This document shows positions 49,602 to 51,762 of a stretch of DNA of 51,762 bases, in pieces. The position numbers were made by a program, and so were the translations under genes. Where the stretch lies: NCBI GenBank assembly GCA_002256025.1, contig NKIB01013776.1, forward strand, positions 1 to 51,762. The letters run 5' to 3'. Under the pieces are notes generated by a model. It did no database searches. It was not told where the DNA came from and was given only the letters and a program-made list of their open reading frames with translations. Each line of letters opens with the position of its first letter. The first letter of the stretch is position 1. The stretch comes from Asterionella formosa. Taxonomy: Eukaryota.

Positions 49602-50109
49602 TGGTAGCGCAAAGCTACAGTTTCATAGTACCAGCGTAGTAATACGTACAGTGTCACTGTAGCCATGTTATGTTCCAACCGGGTATTGAGACAAAGGGGA
49701 AAAAGCAAGGAATGCTGGTAGGGCAAACCTACAGTTTCATAGTACCAGTGTAGTAACCGGTACAGTTTCACAGTAGTCACGTCATGTTCCGACCGGGTAT
49801 TAAGACAGCAAGGGGAAGAAGGGAATGCTGGTAGGGCAAACCTACAGTCTCACAGTACCAGCGTAGTAATAGGTACAGTTTCACTGTAGCCACGTCATGT
49901 TCTGACTGGGTATTGAGACAAAGCGGAAGAAGGGAATGCTGGTAGGGCAAACCTACAGTTTCGCAGTACCAGCGTAGTAACCGGTACAGTTTCACAGTAG
50001 TCACGTCATGTTCCGACGGGGTATTGAGACAAAGGGGAAGAAGGGAATGCTGGTAGGGCAAACCTACAGTCTCACAGTACCAGCGTAGTAATAGGTACAG
50101 TTTCACAGT
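49602..50109. repeat. 111-114 bp tandem array, ~4.6 copies, alternating A/B variants
   Basis: ggaatgctggtagggcaaacc at 49709, 49822, 49933 and 50044. Units alternate between gtaata.gtacag..tcactgtagcc (A) and gtaaccggtacagtttcacagtagtc (B). Confidence 0.95.
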
Positions 50110-51421
50110 GATCGTGACTCTTGACTCCTGTTCGGAAGAAGCTGATAGGAGCTAATAATAAGAGGAAAGCCCAGTAGTACTCGGAGGAACGATCACAAGT
50201 GTCCAGGTGAACAAACTGGTACAGAGAAGTAACCCAAAAAATAAAATCGGATTTATTATACTCCGTAAAGTTGGTTTCGGTTACACCAACTAACAAAGAG
50301 AAGAGAATAAGCAAACAAATATAATAAAAAAACACACAATAAGGAATCCAAATAAACTTACTCAAAACTGAACGAATGAAATGGTTCAATGTCAATTAGA
50401 AATAATGAATACGTTTAATGCACATTCCTCCAAACATACAGTCAATGTACTCTTTTCTTTCCTTAGCACTTCTTACAGATAGGAAATCGGTTCCTCTTTG
50501 AGAAACTTCTTCAACACCATTCCAGATGCAATACGCCAATTCAGAATCATCCTTAACAGCAAGAGCGATTTCGGGATGACGTTTCAACAGGAACGAAATG
50601 CACAATCTTGCATACCAATGACTTGTTGGACTTGATATTCCAATACTACTTGGCACACATGTTTCAGCAGGGTGTTTGTAAACTGTAAGGACAATGAAAG
50701 TAAAAATGGTTGGTAACGTTATCAAAAACAAGGTGATTCGAGGAGATTTAAATGTGTACATGAACTTACTTGGGTGTGACAAAATTTTCTAGTCTGAAAT
50801 ATTTCACCAACTACTTCGGTTGCATGAGAGGAAGTTATCGATGCAACTACATCCCTTCGTCTTGTATAAACAGTAGTGGCAAGGCTGGAATCTTTGTATC
50901 CACTGATAGAAGAGTTATTCAGGGAAATTTTGCGTTCCAACAGGGCAATCTTATTATGAAGTTGTTGAATATAATACTTATGATTCTGATCAATCACTGT
51001 CTCACGACTAAGGCGGAACTGTGATATATTTGAAATTGTCGCCAATATCGAGATGTAAGTCCATAATATTTGTCTTTGGATTATCAGTCACTGGTGAATC
51101 GTCACTCCTTCCTTGAATGGGTGGATAAAAAGGCGGCACCTTCTTGTTACCAGGAGAGGAAAGTTCTGACAAAATATCATCATCTTCAAAATCTGAATCT
51201 TGATGATGATCTCGCTGCTTTGTTGAAGCAGTTGTATTTGTTACAAACTCTTCGTACTCATGAGACAATTTCGTTGCAGGGGTAACCAAATGCCTGCTAT
51301 GTTTGACATGAATAGGAAGGCTTTTTCCAGTCTTATCATCCTGATTACTGTTGCGGTACTTCTTCTCAGACAAGTTATCAACTCTAGAATAATCGCTTCT
51401 TTTTATTCCTCTACCGGACAT
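50110..51421 (-). pseudogene. Fragmented, probably intron-containing ORF of unknown function (transposon cargo)
   Basis: ATG at 51421, a low-complexity N-terminus, a coiled-coil-like segment and further fragments (50722-51045, 50396-50782, 50072-50395) joined by frameshifts or introns. It ends abruptly at the tandem array. Confidence 0.45.
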
Positions 51422-51762
51422 GACGATAACATTTTACAGGAGTCAAGGTAAACAGGCCGCTGATGCTTTAAAATCAAAGAATGAAACAATATTATAAGAG
51501 AGAAGTCTGATGTTATTTTTGGCGCGCCAAGATTAAAAAGGCGTTGGTCTCTTAGATCATACAGAAATATTAATTTATCATTCACTGTCTATGTTGTTAT
51601 AATCTGAGTACTTCGGCATTATATCATAATAATGCACTTCAATTGTTTTCAATCATGTTCAAATACCTACCGGTAGTATTGATCAATACTGTAGCCAAAC
51701 TTGAACGTTAGAACAGTACCGACAGGAACATAGACGAAATGTACGGTACCCCCTGGTACCAG

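Noticed and set aside
49583..50106. Repetitive ORFs (YCETVGLPYQHS...)
   Set aside because: Translation artefact of the 111-bp unit being a multiple of 3; the frame breaks between units.
49602..50109. CRISPR array (also considered for 15320-15775 and 27590-28170)
   Set aside because: Whole units repeat with no unique spacers, there are no cas genes, and the context is eukaryotic.

Overview
Eukaryotic nuclear DNA, most likely from a diatom. This is inferred from short GT-AG introns, ASAFAP-type bipartite plastid presequences and a diatom-type Copia gag. Gene islands alternate with heavily decayed transposon DNA. Intact genes: a 5'-truncated, probably plastid-targeted membrane protein; a Kelch-BTB protein; a small glycine-zipper protein; an Aat-like (L/F-transferase family) protein; plastid DXR; a CDP-alcohol phosphotransferase fused to a degenerate cytidylyltransferase domain; a secreted/membrane protein with a degenerate FkbM-like C-terminus; a PFK-2/FBPase-2 lacking the phosphatase catalytic His; and a plastid triose-phosphate translocator. 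Repeat regions hold two tRNA-derived SINE-like families, MITE/foldback elements, Copia gag, LINE and Crypton-like (GCR1_C) remnants, two Plavaka-like transposase remnants, several tandem arrays and a ~230-nt rod-like hairpin. The best candidate for an undescribed system is the ~45.4-51.6 kb block. There a Plavaka-like transposase lies directly downstream of a decayed 2OG-Fe(II) dioxygenase-like gene, a 111-114 bp dimeric array and further cargo ORFs, recalling fungal Plavaka-TET/JBP elements. All family assignments come from motif recognition by eye; no database searches were run. There is a 164-N assembly gap at 48197-48360.
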